Positions 7,539 to 16,682 of a stretch of 64,000 bases of DNA are shown here, piece after piece. The number at the start of each line of letters is the position of its first letter. The first letter of the stretch is position 1. The stretch is taken from assembly GCA_050633065.1 (NCBI GenBank), contig JBOEFV010000048.1, forward strand, positions 9,970 to 73,969, read 5' to 3'. The stretch is from Bdellovibrionales bacterium. Its GTDB lineage: Bacteria; Bdellovibrionota; Bdellovibrionia; Bdellovibrionales; UBA1609. A program made the translations under genes and the position numbers. The notes below the pieces were generated by a model, which did not search any database, was not told the DNA's origin, and saw nothing but the letters and a program-made list of their open reading frames with translations.

Positions 7539-10307
7539 ATGGCAAAACTAGATTTTAAAAACTCAGAATCGATTTTTAAAAGAGCCCATTACCTTGCAAA
7601 TCAAATGATTTTTATGGCCAACAACGACCGTAAGAAATCAAAAGGCGACCCAAAAGTTGGGGGCCACTCTTCTGGAAGCTCAAGTGCTTTACACATCATG
7701 GGAGCTTTACACCTTTATGTAAAATCTGGCTTTGATCACATTGCCAACAAACCCCATGCATCTCCAGCAGATCACTCATTTAACTATCTACTAGATTTAT
7801 TTTTAGAAAACGGTTTAGACAAAATGTCGATTAAAGATTGCAACACTGCAATGTCAAACCTAAGAGCTTTTTCTCAAAACGGCGAACCTGTATTTCAATC
7901 TTATCACTCTGTTTTTGATCCTGATCATCATAACTTCTTTCCTTCAGGAACTGTTGGTATTCCGCCAGTAAACGCAGGTTATCTTGCACTAGCTTACAGA
8001 TTTGCAAAGAATCACGGATACAATGTTCCTGATGCGCATTTTTGGTCTTTAATTGGAGACGCTGAGTTTAGAGAAGGTTCTTTATTTGAAGCTGTTCCTG
8101 ATTTTGCAGAAAGAGAACTTGGAAACTTAACTTGGATTGTTGATTACAATAGACAAAGTCTTGATGGCCACAGAATGGTGAACAAAGAGGTTTTAGGCGG
8201 AACAGACGCTACTCGTATTTCAAAAACAATGAGTGCTAACGGATGGGAAGTGATTGAACTTCAACACAGTACTGAGCGTTTAGAGCTTTTTAAAGCCAAA
8301 GGCGGAGAAGAGTTCAAAAATCTACTAGAGAACACTCTTGATGATTACACGCTTCAATCTCTTCTTCTTATTAAAGACCACAAAGAGCTTGCAACAAGCT
8401 TAGGAAAAGACTTTCCAAAACTTAAAACTTTCTTAAAAGAAAATAAATCTGAATTAATCTGGAAAGCACTACGTTCTTTTGGTGGACATGATTTAAAACA
8501 AATCACTGATGCGATGTTAAAATCAAAAGAGTCTACAAACAGACCCACTATGATCATCGCTCACACTCTTAAAGGTTGGGGTCTTGAGATGGAAGCTCAG
8601 AGTGGAAACCACTCAGCTCTTCCTTCAAGAGATGAGATGAAAACACTTCGCCTAAACTCAGGCCTTAAAGAAGATGAATTCTTTGGAAGATTTAAAGACA
8701 GTTCTCCTGAAGGAAAGTTCTTAAAAACTAGAGGTGACAAGCTCTTTAAAGACATCAAAGAGCAACACAAAATAAAAGATGAAAACACTGCTAAATTTAG
8801 AAAAGAAATCGGTGAAAACCTTCCTGACTCTTTAGGGATTAACCTTAAGATGGCAAGCTACCCTCACACACAGTGGATGCTTGGGCAGTTAACTTCAAAG
8901 CTAACAAGAATTGCAAATACTCCCAAGAAAGATTTAAATGATTCTGAAAAACTTTGGAAAACAGCTTCTGAGTTAATGGTTTCAATGGCTCCTGATGTGG
9001 GAACAAGTACAAACCTTAACCCTACAATGGACGGGAAAATATTTGAAGCCTCTCATGTAACAGATAAAGAAGCTGATTACGGCGTAAAAGATAAAAAAGC
9101 TCCTGATCTAATTCCGGGACAAGATGTATCAGACAGATTTTTAAGATTTGAAATTGCTGAGGCAAACGTTATGTCATGCCAAGGTTCTTTTGGTAGAATG
9201 AGAGACATTCTTGGAATACCTTTAATGCCACTAATGACGGTTTATGACTTTTTCTTAAAGCGTGCACATGACCAGTTCTTTTATAACCTTTATTGGAAAT
9301 CTAGCTTCATAGCTGTTGGAACACCTTCTGGTGTAACGCTTTCTCCTGAAGGCGCTCAGCACGGTTGGAAATCTGATTTTCAAATTCCAAACCAAATGAC
9401 TTGGGAGCCGTTCTTCTGCCAAGAGCTTGATTGGATTTTCTGCCACTCTCTTAAAGAACACTTTAACAATACCAATCAGGAAAAAACTGGGGTGCTTGTA
9501 AGAGGTGTGACTAGAGGAGCTGAGCAAAAAGACCTTCTTAAATATCTTAAAAAGCAAAAAAGATTTAAAATGGATCAAACAGGTGAGCTAAACTTTAAAG
9601 ATTCTGGAATCAGTGGCGGAGTAGATGAAGCAACCGTTGCTTCAGTCTCTGAAGCTGAGATGTTTAAAGTTTTAAGAGAAGAAGTTTTAGCCGGAGCTTA
9701 CAAGCTTATCGATTACAGTGGCTATAGAGGCTATGAGCCAGGAGATAACGTTGTAAACATTTTCTCCCTTGGGTCCCTTACAACTGAAGCTATTAAAGCC
9801 TCTAACGAACTTCTTAAAAAAGGCATTTATGCAAATGTGATTGTGACAACAAACACTGACTTACTTGCAGGAAACATTGCTCACAAAAACAATTACCACT
9901 ATTTAAAGCAATACCTTGGAATTAATGCTGACCTTCACCTGACATCACAAAGTGCAAACCTTGGAACTGGTGACACCGCTACACTTTCAGGACGCCGTAT
10001 TCCAATTGTAAGTGTGCACGATGGCGAACCAGGTTTACTTGATAACCTAGGCTCAATTGTTGGTGTTAAACATGAAGCTCTAGCTGTAAGAAAGCACTCT
10101 AAGTGTGGACGCCCTGAAGAAATTTATGCTTATCACGGAATTGATTCAGCAGCAGTTCTTGAAGCTTGTGGAAAAGTTTTAGGCGAAACAGCTCTAGAAG
10201 AAGTTAAGGTTTCAAAAGAGATTTTAAAAACCTTAAAAGCTTCAAACGCCACAAGCACTCCAGAGAATTGGCAAAACTTGTGGCCAAAGAACACTAATAA
10301 GCATTAA
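7539..10307 (+). CDS. aceE: AceE-type (homodimeric) 2-oxoacid dehydrogenase E1 component, ThDP-dependent
   Basis: 922 aa. KVGGHSSGSSSA, IGDAEFREGS...IVDYNRQSLDG (ThDP/Mg motif, GDA variant) and GGHD..IIAHTLKGWG are collinear with E. coli AceE as I recall it. Confidence 0.78.
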   Translation: MAKLDFKNSESIFKRAHYLANQMIFMANNDRKKSKGDPKVGGHSSGSSSALHIMGALHLYVKSGFDHIANKPHASPADHSFNYLLDLFLENGLDKMSIKDCNTAMSNLRAFSQNGEPVFQSYHSVFDPDHHNFFPSGTVGIPPVNAGYLALAYRFAKNHGYNVPDAHFWSLIGDAEFREGSLFEAVPDFAERELGNLTWIVDYNRQSLDGHRMVNKEVLGGTDATRISKTMSANGWEVIELQHSTERLELFKAKGGEEFKNLLENTLDDYTLQSLLLIKDHKELATSLGKDFPKLKTFLKENKSELIWKALRSFGGHDLKQITDAMLKSKESTNRPTMIIAHTLKGWGLEMEAQSGNHSALPSRDEMKTLRLNSGLKEDEFFGRFKDSSPEGKFLKTRGDKLFKDIKEQHKIKDENTAKFRKEIGENLPDSLGINLKMASYPHTQWMLGQLTSKLTRIANTPKKDLNDSEKLWKTASELMVSMAPDVGTSTNLNPTMDGKIFEASHVTDKEADYGVKDKKAPDLIPGQDVSDRFLRFEIAEANVMSCQGSFGRMRDILGIPLMPLMTVYDFFLKRAHDQFFYNLYWKSSFIAVGTPSGVTLSPEGAQHGWKSDFQIPNQMTWEPFFCQELDWIFCHSLKEHFNNTNQEKTGVLVRGVTRGAEQKDLLKYLKKQKRFKMDQTGELNFKDSGISGGVDEATVASVSEAEMFKVLREEVLAGAYKLIDYSGYRGYEPGDNVVNIFSLGSLTTEAIKASNELLKKGIYANVIVTTNTDLLAGNIAHKNNYHYLKQYLGINADLHLTSQSANLGTGDTATLSGRRIPIVSVHDGEPGLLDNLGSIVGVKHEALAVRKHSKCGRPEEIYAYHGIDSAAVLEACGKVLGETALEEVKVSKEILKTLKASNATSTPENWQNLWPKNTNKH

Positions 10308-10330
10308 ATAATTTATTTTAGTGTTTTAAA

Positions 10331-10350
10331 AGAGCCTCTAAAGAGGCTCT
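10331..10350. terminator. Perfect 8-bp stem, 4-nt loop hairpin after the E1 gene
   Basis: AGAGCCTC-taaa-GAGGCTCT, 24 nt after the stop. There is no T tract on the + side, although the sequence is T-rich when read on the minus strand, so terminator function is uncertain. Confidence 0.35.
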
Positions 10351-10499
10351 TCAGCCGTTTGCAGTGACAATTTGCGCCTCCACTTAGACAGTTTGAATAT
10401 ACTCTTCCATTAATAGATTAGCTCTTAATATTAGTAATGTGGGCACAAATTTTGCTATTCAATTCTTGCAAACTAACAAATTAAGAGGAAGTTTTAATT

Positions 10500-11174
10500 A
10501 TGAAGAATATTTACCTATATGTATTTTTAGTTCTGGCGCCTTTAAATGTACAGGCTTTAGATAGTGATAGTATAACTTTAAACTCTTTGCTGAGAAATGA
10601 TGATCAAATAATTGTATATCTAGAGCGCTCTCTAGATACTCTATTAAGTGACTTCAATGAAGTGGACGACAAAAAAAGTTCAGCAGCAATACAATTGCAG
10701 AATAGAATTAATGAAACACAAGGGCTAATTCAAAGACGTGATACATCAAGGCAGGTTTTCCTGCAGTTAGAACCTGGGTTAGAACCTGGTCGAGTTTATC
10801 ACGGGCAAAAATCCCTATTATTCAGCAACAGGACTTGTCAGCTAAGGGTTGCAACTTTGAATTTTGGCAATCTCAGTGAGGATATCTTTTTTTCTTTTGT
10901 TGGTCTAAAATTTGATAAACTTAGCTCCCACGGTTATGAAGGTTTATTTTCTTTTGTTGGCTGGGGTACAGGGGAACCAAAACCAGGCTTTACAACATTA
11001 AGTTTTATAGCAAATAATGGAACCTGGAAGGATCAAGGCTATCTCTATACGTTTATAGATTTATCTTGTGAGTCTGCTGAAGAAATCACCCCTAACTCCA
11101 CTCTAAAAGAGATCGAAGTTTTATTTGATAATCAAATTTCTTTTGAATTTCACAGCTCTCCCAAATTTCAGTAA
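10500..11174 (+). CDS. Secreted hypothetical protein
   Basis: Signal peptide MKNIYLYVFLVLAPLNVQA; SD AAGAGGAA upstream. No family recognised. Contains a 12-bp in-frame tandem duplication. Confidence 0.5.
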   Translation: MKNIYLYVFLVLAPLNVQALDSDSITLNSLLRNDDQIIVYLERSLDTLLSDFNEVDDKKSSAAIQLQNRINETQGLIQRRDTSRQVFLQLEPGLEPGRVYHGQKSLLFSNRTCQLRVATLNFGNLSEDIFFSFVGLKFDKLSSHGYEGLFSFVGWGTGEPKPGFTTLSFIANNGTWKDQGYLYTFIDLSCESAEEITPNSTLKEIEVLFDNQISFEFHSSPKFQ

Positions 11175-11246
11175 ACCCTCTCTTAAATCTGAGTGCTCTG
11201 TCTATAGAGTCGCAACATTTCTTTTACGAGTTTCTTTTGGATAATT

Positions 11247-11903
11247 TCAATTTTTAATCCCTATGCTCATTCCCTGAAGAGTGGGCAGCATCATTCCTGT
11301 GTACTCTCCTGTTGAGCCTCCAAGAATTGAATTAAACTCCCTCATTTTAAGCCATGTGTTTTTTGAATAGTTCTCTGGCGGCTCATCACTTAGAACATGT
11401 CCAAACAAGAACGTGTTGTCCCCCACCACAACAGACCCTTTTGATAAGTAAGGCTCCGCTAGTTTTAAGTAATTTAAGTAATTACCTTTATCTGCATCTA
11501 TAAATAAAAAATCTATTTTCTCTTTTTTATCCCATTTTTCTAAAAAGTCTAAACCGCTTGAATGCACCAACTGGGCTTGGTTATGTTTATTGTGGATATT
11601 AATATTGCTTATAGATTTATCAAAGTTTTCCTTGGAGTTTTCCACAGACCAGACCTTGGCCTCGTCATCAACACCCTCTAAAATCCAGCTTAAAGAATAA
11701 CCATATAGACTGCCTATTTCTACAACATTCTTAGGCTTGTTCATTTGAACAAGCTGCCTTAGAATTTTCCCTTCATAAGGGCTCACCTGTATTGCTTTTT
11801 TATCCTCTTCGAGCTGTTTTGCTATGTTTTTCATCAATTCTGTTTCTTTAACAAATACATCTTCTATATACTTAATTCTATCTGAAATTTCGACGGACTT
11901 CAC
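11247..11903 (-). CDS. Class I SAM-dependent O-methyltransferase (caffeoyl-CoA OMT-like family 3)
   Basis: VVEIGSLYGYS (SAM motif I), FIDADKGNY and VVGDN match the O-methyltransferase family 3 layout. Confidence 0.72.
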   Translation of the reverse strand: MKSVEISDRIKYIEDVFVKETELMKNIAKQLEEDKKAIQVSPYEGKILRQLVQMNKPKNVVEIGSLYGYSLSWILEGVDDEAKVWSVENSKENFDKSISNINIHNKHNQAQLVHSSGLDFLEKWDKKEKIDFLFIDADKGNYLNYLKLAEPYLSKGSVVVGDNTFLFGHVLSDEPPENYSKNTWLKMREFNSILGGSTGEYTGMMLPTLQGMSIGIKN

Positions 11904-12006
11904 AAGCTCTCCTCACATGATAAGCTTTGTGTTTTATAGTATTTTTCAATATAAAGAAACTCGTTATACGACTTTGGAAACACTGCTTTAAAAAAGGGGC
12001 CAAACC

Positions 12007-13731
12007 ATGAGTACTCAGCTAGAAATCAAAGACCTGGTGATTAATTTTCAGACTGATGAAGGCACCGTAAATGCAGTAAAAAAAATCTCCTTTAACATTC
12101 CAAAAGGTAAAACAGTTGGTTTAGTTGGAGAGTCTGGATCTGGTAAGAGTGTAACATCTCTAGCTACCATGAGACTTATTCCAACACCTCCTGGTAAAAT
12201 CGCATCTGGTGAAATTTTATTTGATGGAACGGATCTGTTAAAACTTTCAGAGCCTGAGATGAGAAAAGTTCGTGGTAAAAAAATATCAATGATCTTTCAA
12301 GAGCCTATGACAAGTTTAAATCCTGTATTCACTGTTGGAGATCAGGTTGCTGAGACTCTTATGCTTCACGAAAACTTAAACAAAGAAGACGCTTTAAAAA
12401 GAACAGCTGAGCTTTTTGATCAAGTTGGGATTCCTGATCCACAAGGACGCATATCAAGCTACCCTCACCAAATGAGTGGAGGCCAAAGACAACGTGTTAT
12501 GATTGCAATGGCTATTGCATGCTCTCCAGACCTTTTAATTGCTGATGAACCAACAACAGCTCTTGATGTTACAATTCAAAAGCAAATTCTAGAACTCATG
12601 GCTGACATTCAAAAGAAATTTAACATGAGTATTTTGTTCATTACACATGACCTTGGAGTAATTGCAGACATCGCTGATGAAGTTGTAGTTATGTACAAAG
12701 GTGACATTGTTGAAAAAGGTAAGACTGAGCAGATTTTTACAAACCCTCAACACCCTTATACAAAAGGTCTTCTTGCCTGCAGACCCTCTTTAGAGTCTAA
12801 CCCAAGAAGACTTCCTATGGTTTCTGATTTCATGAATCCTGATGGAAGTGAAATTGAAAACGTTGTTAGCGCTGAAAAAATTGAAAAATTCACAAGACCA
12901 ATTGATGAAAATGAAAATCCAGTAATTCTTGAAATTAAAAACTTAAAAAAGCACTTTCCTTTAAAGAAAAACTTTTTTGGAAAGCCTCTGTCTTTTGTAA
13001 AAGCCGTTGATGGCATAACTTTAAATGTAAGAAAAGGTCGTACACTTGGGCTAGTTGGCGAATCAGGATGTGGTAAAACAACTTTAGGAAGAACGGTTTT
13101 AAGGCTCCTTGAGCCCACAAGTGGCGATATTGTTTATAAAGGACAAAATCTTGTCGACTTACCAAAAAAAGAAATGCGTAATCTAAGACGTGATCTTCAA
13201 ATCATCTTTCAAGATCCGTACGCTTCTTTAAACCCTAGAATGACAGTCGGTTCTGCTATTATGGAACCTATGATCATTCACAAACTTTTTAAAACCAAAG
13301 AAGAAAGGGTTAAAAAGGCTAAAGAACTTCTTGTAAAAGTTGGCTTAGATGGATCTGTTATCAACAGGTATCCTCATGAATTTTCAGGTGGCCAAAGACA
13401 AAGAATCTGTATTGCACGCGCTTTAGCAGTGGAGCCTGAGTTCATCATTTGTGATGAGTCAGTTTCTGCACTTGACGTTTCTGTTCAATCACAAATCTTG
13501 AACCTCTTATTAGATCTTCAAGAAGAAATGGGCCTGACCTACATCTTTATTTCTCATGACTTAGCTGTTGTTAAATTTATTGCTGATGAGATTGCTGTTA
13601 TGAACAGTGGTGAAGTTGTTGAACTTGCAGATTGTATTTCAATCTATGAAAACCCTGAAAAAGAGTACACTAAACAACTACTCTCAGCGATTCCTAAAGG
13701 AATTCCAAAAACTTTGATTTCACAACCATAA
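12007..13731 (+). CDS. Fused double-ATPase ABC subunit of a peptide-type importer (YejF/DppDF-like)
   Basis: Two complete cassettes are present. Cassette 1 has [16 protein letters not shown] and [12 protein letters not shown]. Cassette 2 has [16 protein letters not shown] and [12 protein letters not shown]. The oligopeptide-type C-terminal tail motifs HPYTKGLL and EYTKQLL are also present. Confidence 0.85.
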   Translation: MSTQLEIKDLVINFQTDEGTVNAVKKISFNIPKGKTVGLVGESGSGKSVTSLATMRLIPTPPGKIASGEILFDGTDLLKLSEPEMRKVRGKKISMIFQEPMTSLNPVFTVGDQVAETLMLHENLNKEDALKRTAELFDQVGIPDPQGRISSYPHQMSGGQRQRVMIAMAIACSPDLLIADEPTTALDVTIQKQILELMADIQKKFNMSILFITHDLGVIADIADEVVVMYKGDIVEKGKTEQIFTNPQHPYTKGLLACRPSLESNPRRLPMVSDFMNPDGSEIENVVSAEKIEKFTRPIDENENPVILEIKNLKKHFPLKKNFFGKPLSFVKAVDGITLNVRKGRTLGLVGESGCGKTTLGRTVLRLLEPTSGDIVYKGQNLVDLPKKEMRNLRRDLQIIFQDPYASLNPRMTVGSAIMEPMIIHKLFKTKEERVKKAKELLVKVGLDGSVINRYPHEFSGGQRQRICIARALAVEPEFIICDESVSALDVSVQSQILNLLLDLQEEMGLTYIFISHDLAVVKFIADEIAVMNSGEVVELADCISIYENPEKEYTKQLLSAIPKGIPKTLISQP

Positions 13732-13754
13732 GCTTAAACCCTATTAACACGAGG

Positions 13755-14024
13755 TCAGGCTGCTCTTTTCTTTTTGGCTTTATCTAGGTCAAAAGTAGCC
13801 TGAAGGTTCATCCATAGTTTTGCTGTTGTTCCTAAAAATTCTGATAGATCTAAGGCTGTTTCTGCGCTAATTCCCCTTTTTCCATTTACCAACTCACTAA
13901 GCTTAGCCTTGGTCCAGCCCAGCTGTTCAGCGACAAACGTGTGTGTCCACTCATTAGGTTCAATGAACTCTTCTAGGAGGATTTCTCCTGGATGAAAAGG
14001 GTTTTTAGGTGCTCTTATTGCCAT
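13755..14024 (-). CDS. higA: HigA-family antitoxin (XRE-type HTH)
   Basis: HPGEILLEEFIEP...ELVNGKRGISAETALDLSEFLGTTAKLWMNLQATFDL matches the HigA (COG3093-type) consensus. Lies 11 nt downstream of higB. Confidence 0.85.
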   Translation of the reverse strand: MAIRAPKNPFHPGEILLEEFIEPNEWTHTFVAEQLGWTKAKLSELVNGKRGISAETALDLSEFLGTTAKLWMNLQATFDLDKAKKKRAA

Positions 14025-14035
14025 TCTAGCCTCAC

Positions 14036-14326
14036 TTAGTGGTAGTCAACTACCGTTACTTCACTGGCTGATTGGTTCGCCCACTTAAACACAATGCGCC
14101 ACTGCTTATTAATACGAATAGAGTAGTAACCTTTAAGATCTCCTTTTAATGCTTCTAGTCTATTATTAGGAGGCACTCTAAGGTCAGTTAAAACTTCAGC
14201 TTCATATAGATAGAGCAGTTTTCTTCTTGCAACCCTATAAATTTCAGGTGGAAATTTACGAGTTTCTTTCGTTTTGCGATCATAAAAAATATCTTCGGCA
14301 AGCTTGCCCGCAAAACTGCTTATCAT
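14036..14326 (-). CDS. higB: HigB-family toxin (RelE/ParE superfamily, plasmid maintenance system killer type)
   Basis: 96 aa. ..LEALKGDLKGYYSIRINKQWRIVFKW....VTVVDYH is the characteristic HigB C-terminal pattern. The toxin-first gene order is typical of HigBA. Confidence 0.85.
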   Translation of the reverse strand: MISSFAGKLAEDIFYDRKTKETRKFPPEIYRVARRKLLYLYEAEVLTDLRVPPNNRLEALKGDLKGYYSIRINKQWRIVFKWANQSASEVTVVDYH

Positions 14327-14353
14327 GTATCGATGTTATCATAACACGATAAA
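14321..14353 (-). promoter_or_regulatory. Candidate HigBA operator repeats
   Basis: TTATCAT occurs at 14321-14327 and 14337-14343, and an inverted copy ACGATAA at 14347-14353. GTTAT-c-ATAAC at 14336-14346 is a perfect palindrome abutting the higB start codon. Confidence 0.3.
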
Positions 14354-14397
14354 AACGTCAAGCACCCATAATATTAAATACTAACTGTAAATTACCA

Positions 14398-14889
14398 TTA
14401 GAGAAGCTCTTTAAGCCTCTCTTTTAAAACACTTAATTCAAATGGTTTTGTAAGGTAATCATCTGCACCTACCTTTTTTCCTCTAGCGATGTCCATTTCG
14501 CTATCTTTTCCAGATACAAAAATTAATGGGATATCTTTTAAGTCATCGTTTCTTTTTAAAATTTCAGCAAGCTCATAGCCATTAACCCATGGAAGGCCGA
14601 TGTCTAAAAGAATTAAATCTATGGGGTCTGCACCCAATACTTTACTAAGTTGAGTGCCGTCTAAAGACGCTGTTACCTTATACCCTTCACGCTCTAAAAA
14701 GCGAACCATCGCATTTCTAAAGGTGTCATCATCATCAATTAATAATATATGAAAAGGTGTTTTGTTTTCTTTTTTAATTCTTCGGAACTCACTTAACGAA
14801 ACAACGTCCTCTGACTTAACTCTTTCTTTCGTTATTTTTTCAATCTCATCAACTAAACTCTGTACGTTGATCTTTTTACGATCGCTCAT
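14398..14889 (-). CDS. Single-domain response regulator (receiver only) with an N-terminal extension of about 45 aa
   Basis: ILLIDDDD, LILLDIGLP (phospho-acceptor Asp) and DYLTKPF (conserved Lys). Confidence 0.8.
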   Translation of the reverse strand: MSDRKKINVQSLVDEIEKITKERVKSEDVVSLSEFRRIKKENKTPFHILLIDDDDTFRNAMVRFLEREGYKVTASLDGTQLSKVLGADPIDLILLDIGLPWVNGYELAEILKRNDDLKDIPLIFVSGKDSEMDIARGKKVGADDYLTKPFELSVLKERLKELL

Positions 14890-14971
14890 CTACAATCTCC
14901 CCCACTAAAGCAAATTAAAGTCTATATGCTTTTAGTGGGAAAAAATACTTAGACCCAGTCCTAGGTTTGTT

Positions 14972-15910
14972 TTAAAGCCCCTGATCCTCTAACCAGCGCT
15001 CTGACTCGATTGCGGCCATACAACCTGTTCCTGCAGCAGTAATTGCTTGTCTATAAATATGGTCTTGTACATCACCACAAGCATACACACCCTCGACATT
15101 CGTTTGGGTAGTCCCTGGTTTTGTCACAAGATACCCAAGGTCATCAGTCTCTAACTGCCCGTCTAAGAATCCAACATTTGGCTTATGACCGATTGCTATA
15201 AAAATTCCTTCTAAAGGAATATCCATATCTTCATTTGTCTTATTATTAAAAAGTTTAGCATGAGTTACACCACGCTTATCTCCTAAAACTTCTTTTAATT
15301 CAGAGTTCCAGTGGATTTCAATTTTTTCATGAGCTTTCACACGATCAGCCATAATTTTTGAAGCTCTAAACTCTTCTCTTCTATGAACAACATGAACCTT
15401 TGTAGCAAATCTTGTTAAGAACAAAGCTTCTTCCATTGCAGTGTCACCACCACCAACTACAGCAACTTCAACATTTTGAAAGAATGCTCCATCACATGTT
15501 GCACAAGCTGAAACACCTCTGTTCATAAATTTCTTCTCAGACTCTAAACCTAAGTATTTTGCACTCGCACCTGTACTGATGATTAAAACTTTTGCTTGAT
15601 ACTCCTCTTCCCCAATCCAAACCTTAAATGGCTTAACAGACAAATCTACTTTAGTAACATTCTTTGAAATAAAACGAGTTCCAAATCTTGCAGCTTGTTT
15701 TTTTGTGACATCCATTAAATCAGGACCAGATATTCCATCTGTAAATCCTGGATAATTTTCAACTTCTGTAGTTGTCATCAATTGACCACCTACTTCTTCT
15801 CCCTCAATCATAAGAGGGTTTAGGTTTGCACGAGCTGCGTAAATTGCTGCAGTTAACCCTGCAGGCCCAGATCCAATAATAATAACATTTTCTACTTTAG
15901 CATCGCTCAT
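14972..15910 (-). CDS. trxB: Thioredoxin-disulfide reductase
   Basis: IIIGSGPAGLTAAIYAAR, redox-active CATCDG, VVGGGDTAMEEA and GVYACGD. Confidence 0.93.
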   Translation of the reverse strand: MSDAKVENVIIIGSGPAGLTAAIYAARANLNPLMIEGEEVGGQLMTTTEVENYPGFTDGISGPDLMDVTKKQAARFGTRFISKNVTKVDLSVKPFKVWIGEEEYQAKVLIISTGASAKYLGLESEKKFMNRGVSACATCDGAFFQNVEVAVVGGGDTAMEEALFLTRFATKVHVVHRREEFRASKIMADRVKAHEKIEIHWNSELKEVLGDKRGVTHAKLFNNKTNEDMDIPLEGIFIAIGHKPNVGFLDGQLETDDLGYLVTKPGTTQTNVEGVYACGDVQDHIYRQAITAAGTGCMAAIESERWLEDQGL

Positions 15911-15924
15911 ACAGCTTCCTTTAT

Positions 15925-16608
15925 TTAAAGTTCTCTATTCAAAGGAATATCATATGTGAATTCCTCTAACCAATCAAAATGCCTCACATCAGAGTCCCCT
16001 TTTGAAAGACTCAAATCACTCAACCAATCGGTTAATTTTTCTGCAGCATTTACAGGCTCTATCACTAACTCAGGAGCCTCAGTTCTAGGCCAAGCATTCT
16101 TTGTAAGCATTCCTGTGTTCATATAAGGCGGGCTAAATATCCGAATTTTCAGGTCTTTTTCATGAAGTGATAAAAGGCTCTGCTTAGTCATCTTCTTAGA
16201 CTGTGAATAACTCAAACTTTGATTCGACTCAGACCTCTCAGCAATAGCTGAACCAATATATACAAAAGCCCCTTCATAACCTTTTTGAATCAATTCATAG
16301 GCTAAAGCTACAGGGGTAAAATAGTTCACCTGATACGCCCATTTATGGCTGTGAAAAGGTTTTGAGAAAAAATCACCATGGGGACCACCACCAGCAACAT
16401 AAAAAATAACGTCAGGCTTATGCTCAGCTACAAGCTCCAAAATGGCTGAAACAGCCCCTTCTTTACTAAAATCTATAGAGTTTTCGGACTTTCTAGAGCA
16501 AGCAATCGCGTCCGGATACCGGCGCATAATCTCCAAACCCAGTCCCCTAGAGGCTCCCAAGACCAGCGGCTTTGATACCGTCAAATTGCTATACAAGTAC
16601 GTACTCAT
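15925..16608 (-). CDS. Short-chain dehydrogenase/reductase-like protein
   Basis: N-terminal LVLGASRGLGLE (glycine-rich motif) and YSQSK (YxxxK). Starts 14 nt after the trxB stop on the same strand. Confidence 0.6.
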   Translation of the reverse strand: MSTYLYSNLTVSKPLVLGASRGLGLEIMRRYPDAIACSRKSENSIDFSKEGAVSAILELVAEHKPDVIFYVAGGGPHGDFFSKPFHSHKWAYQVNYFTPVALAYELIQKGYEGAFVYIGSAIAERSESNQSLSYSQSKKMTKQSLLSLHEKDLKIRIFSPPYMNTGMLTKNAWPRTEAPELVIEPVNAAEKLTDWLSDLSLSKGDSDVRHFDWLEEFTYDIPLNREL

Positions 16609-16682
16609 TTCAAAGCCCTTATAAAAATTTAGAGTTTGATGAGTTTTAGCTTAAAATAACAACAAGATAAAGGACTTACGCC

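Noticed and set aside
8354-9578. Antisense ORFs inside the E1 gene (8354-8557, 8597-8788, 9255-9578)
   Set aside because: They lie opposite a well-supported 922-aa CDS. They have Leu/Ser/Phe/Lys-rich compositions typical of antisense frames in AT-rich genes, and no SD was seen.
12756-13165. Two antisense ORFs (120 and 76 aa) inside the fused ABC ATPase gene
   Set aside because: They lie opposite conserved Walker and signature motifs, and I recognise no motifs of their own.
14901-14939. Imperfect hairpin CCCACTAAAGC...GCTTTTAGTGGG between trxB and the response-regulator gene, considered as the trxB terminator
   Set aside because: Both genes are on the minus strand, and on that strand the T-run precedes rather than follows the stem. 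The stem has a bulge and a 16-nt loop. It is not a canonical intrinsic terminator, and any regulatory role is unsupported.
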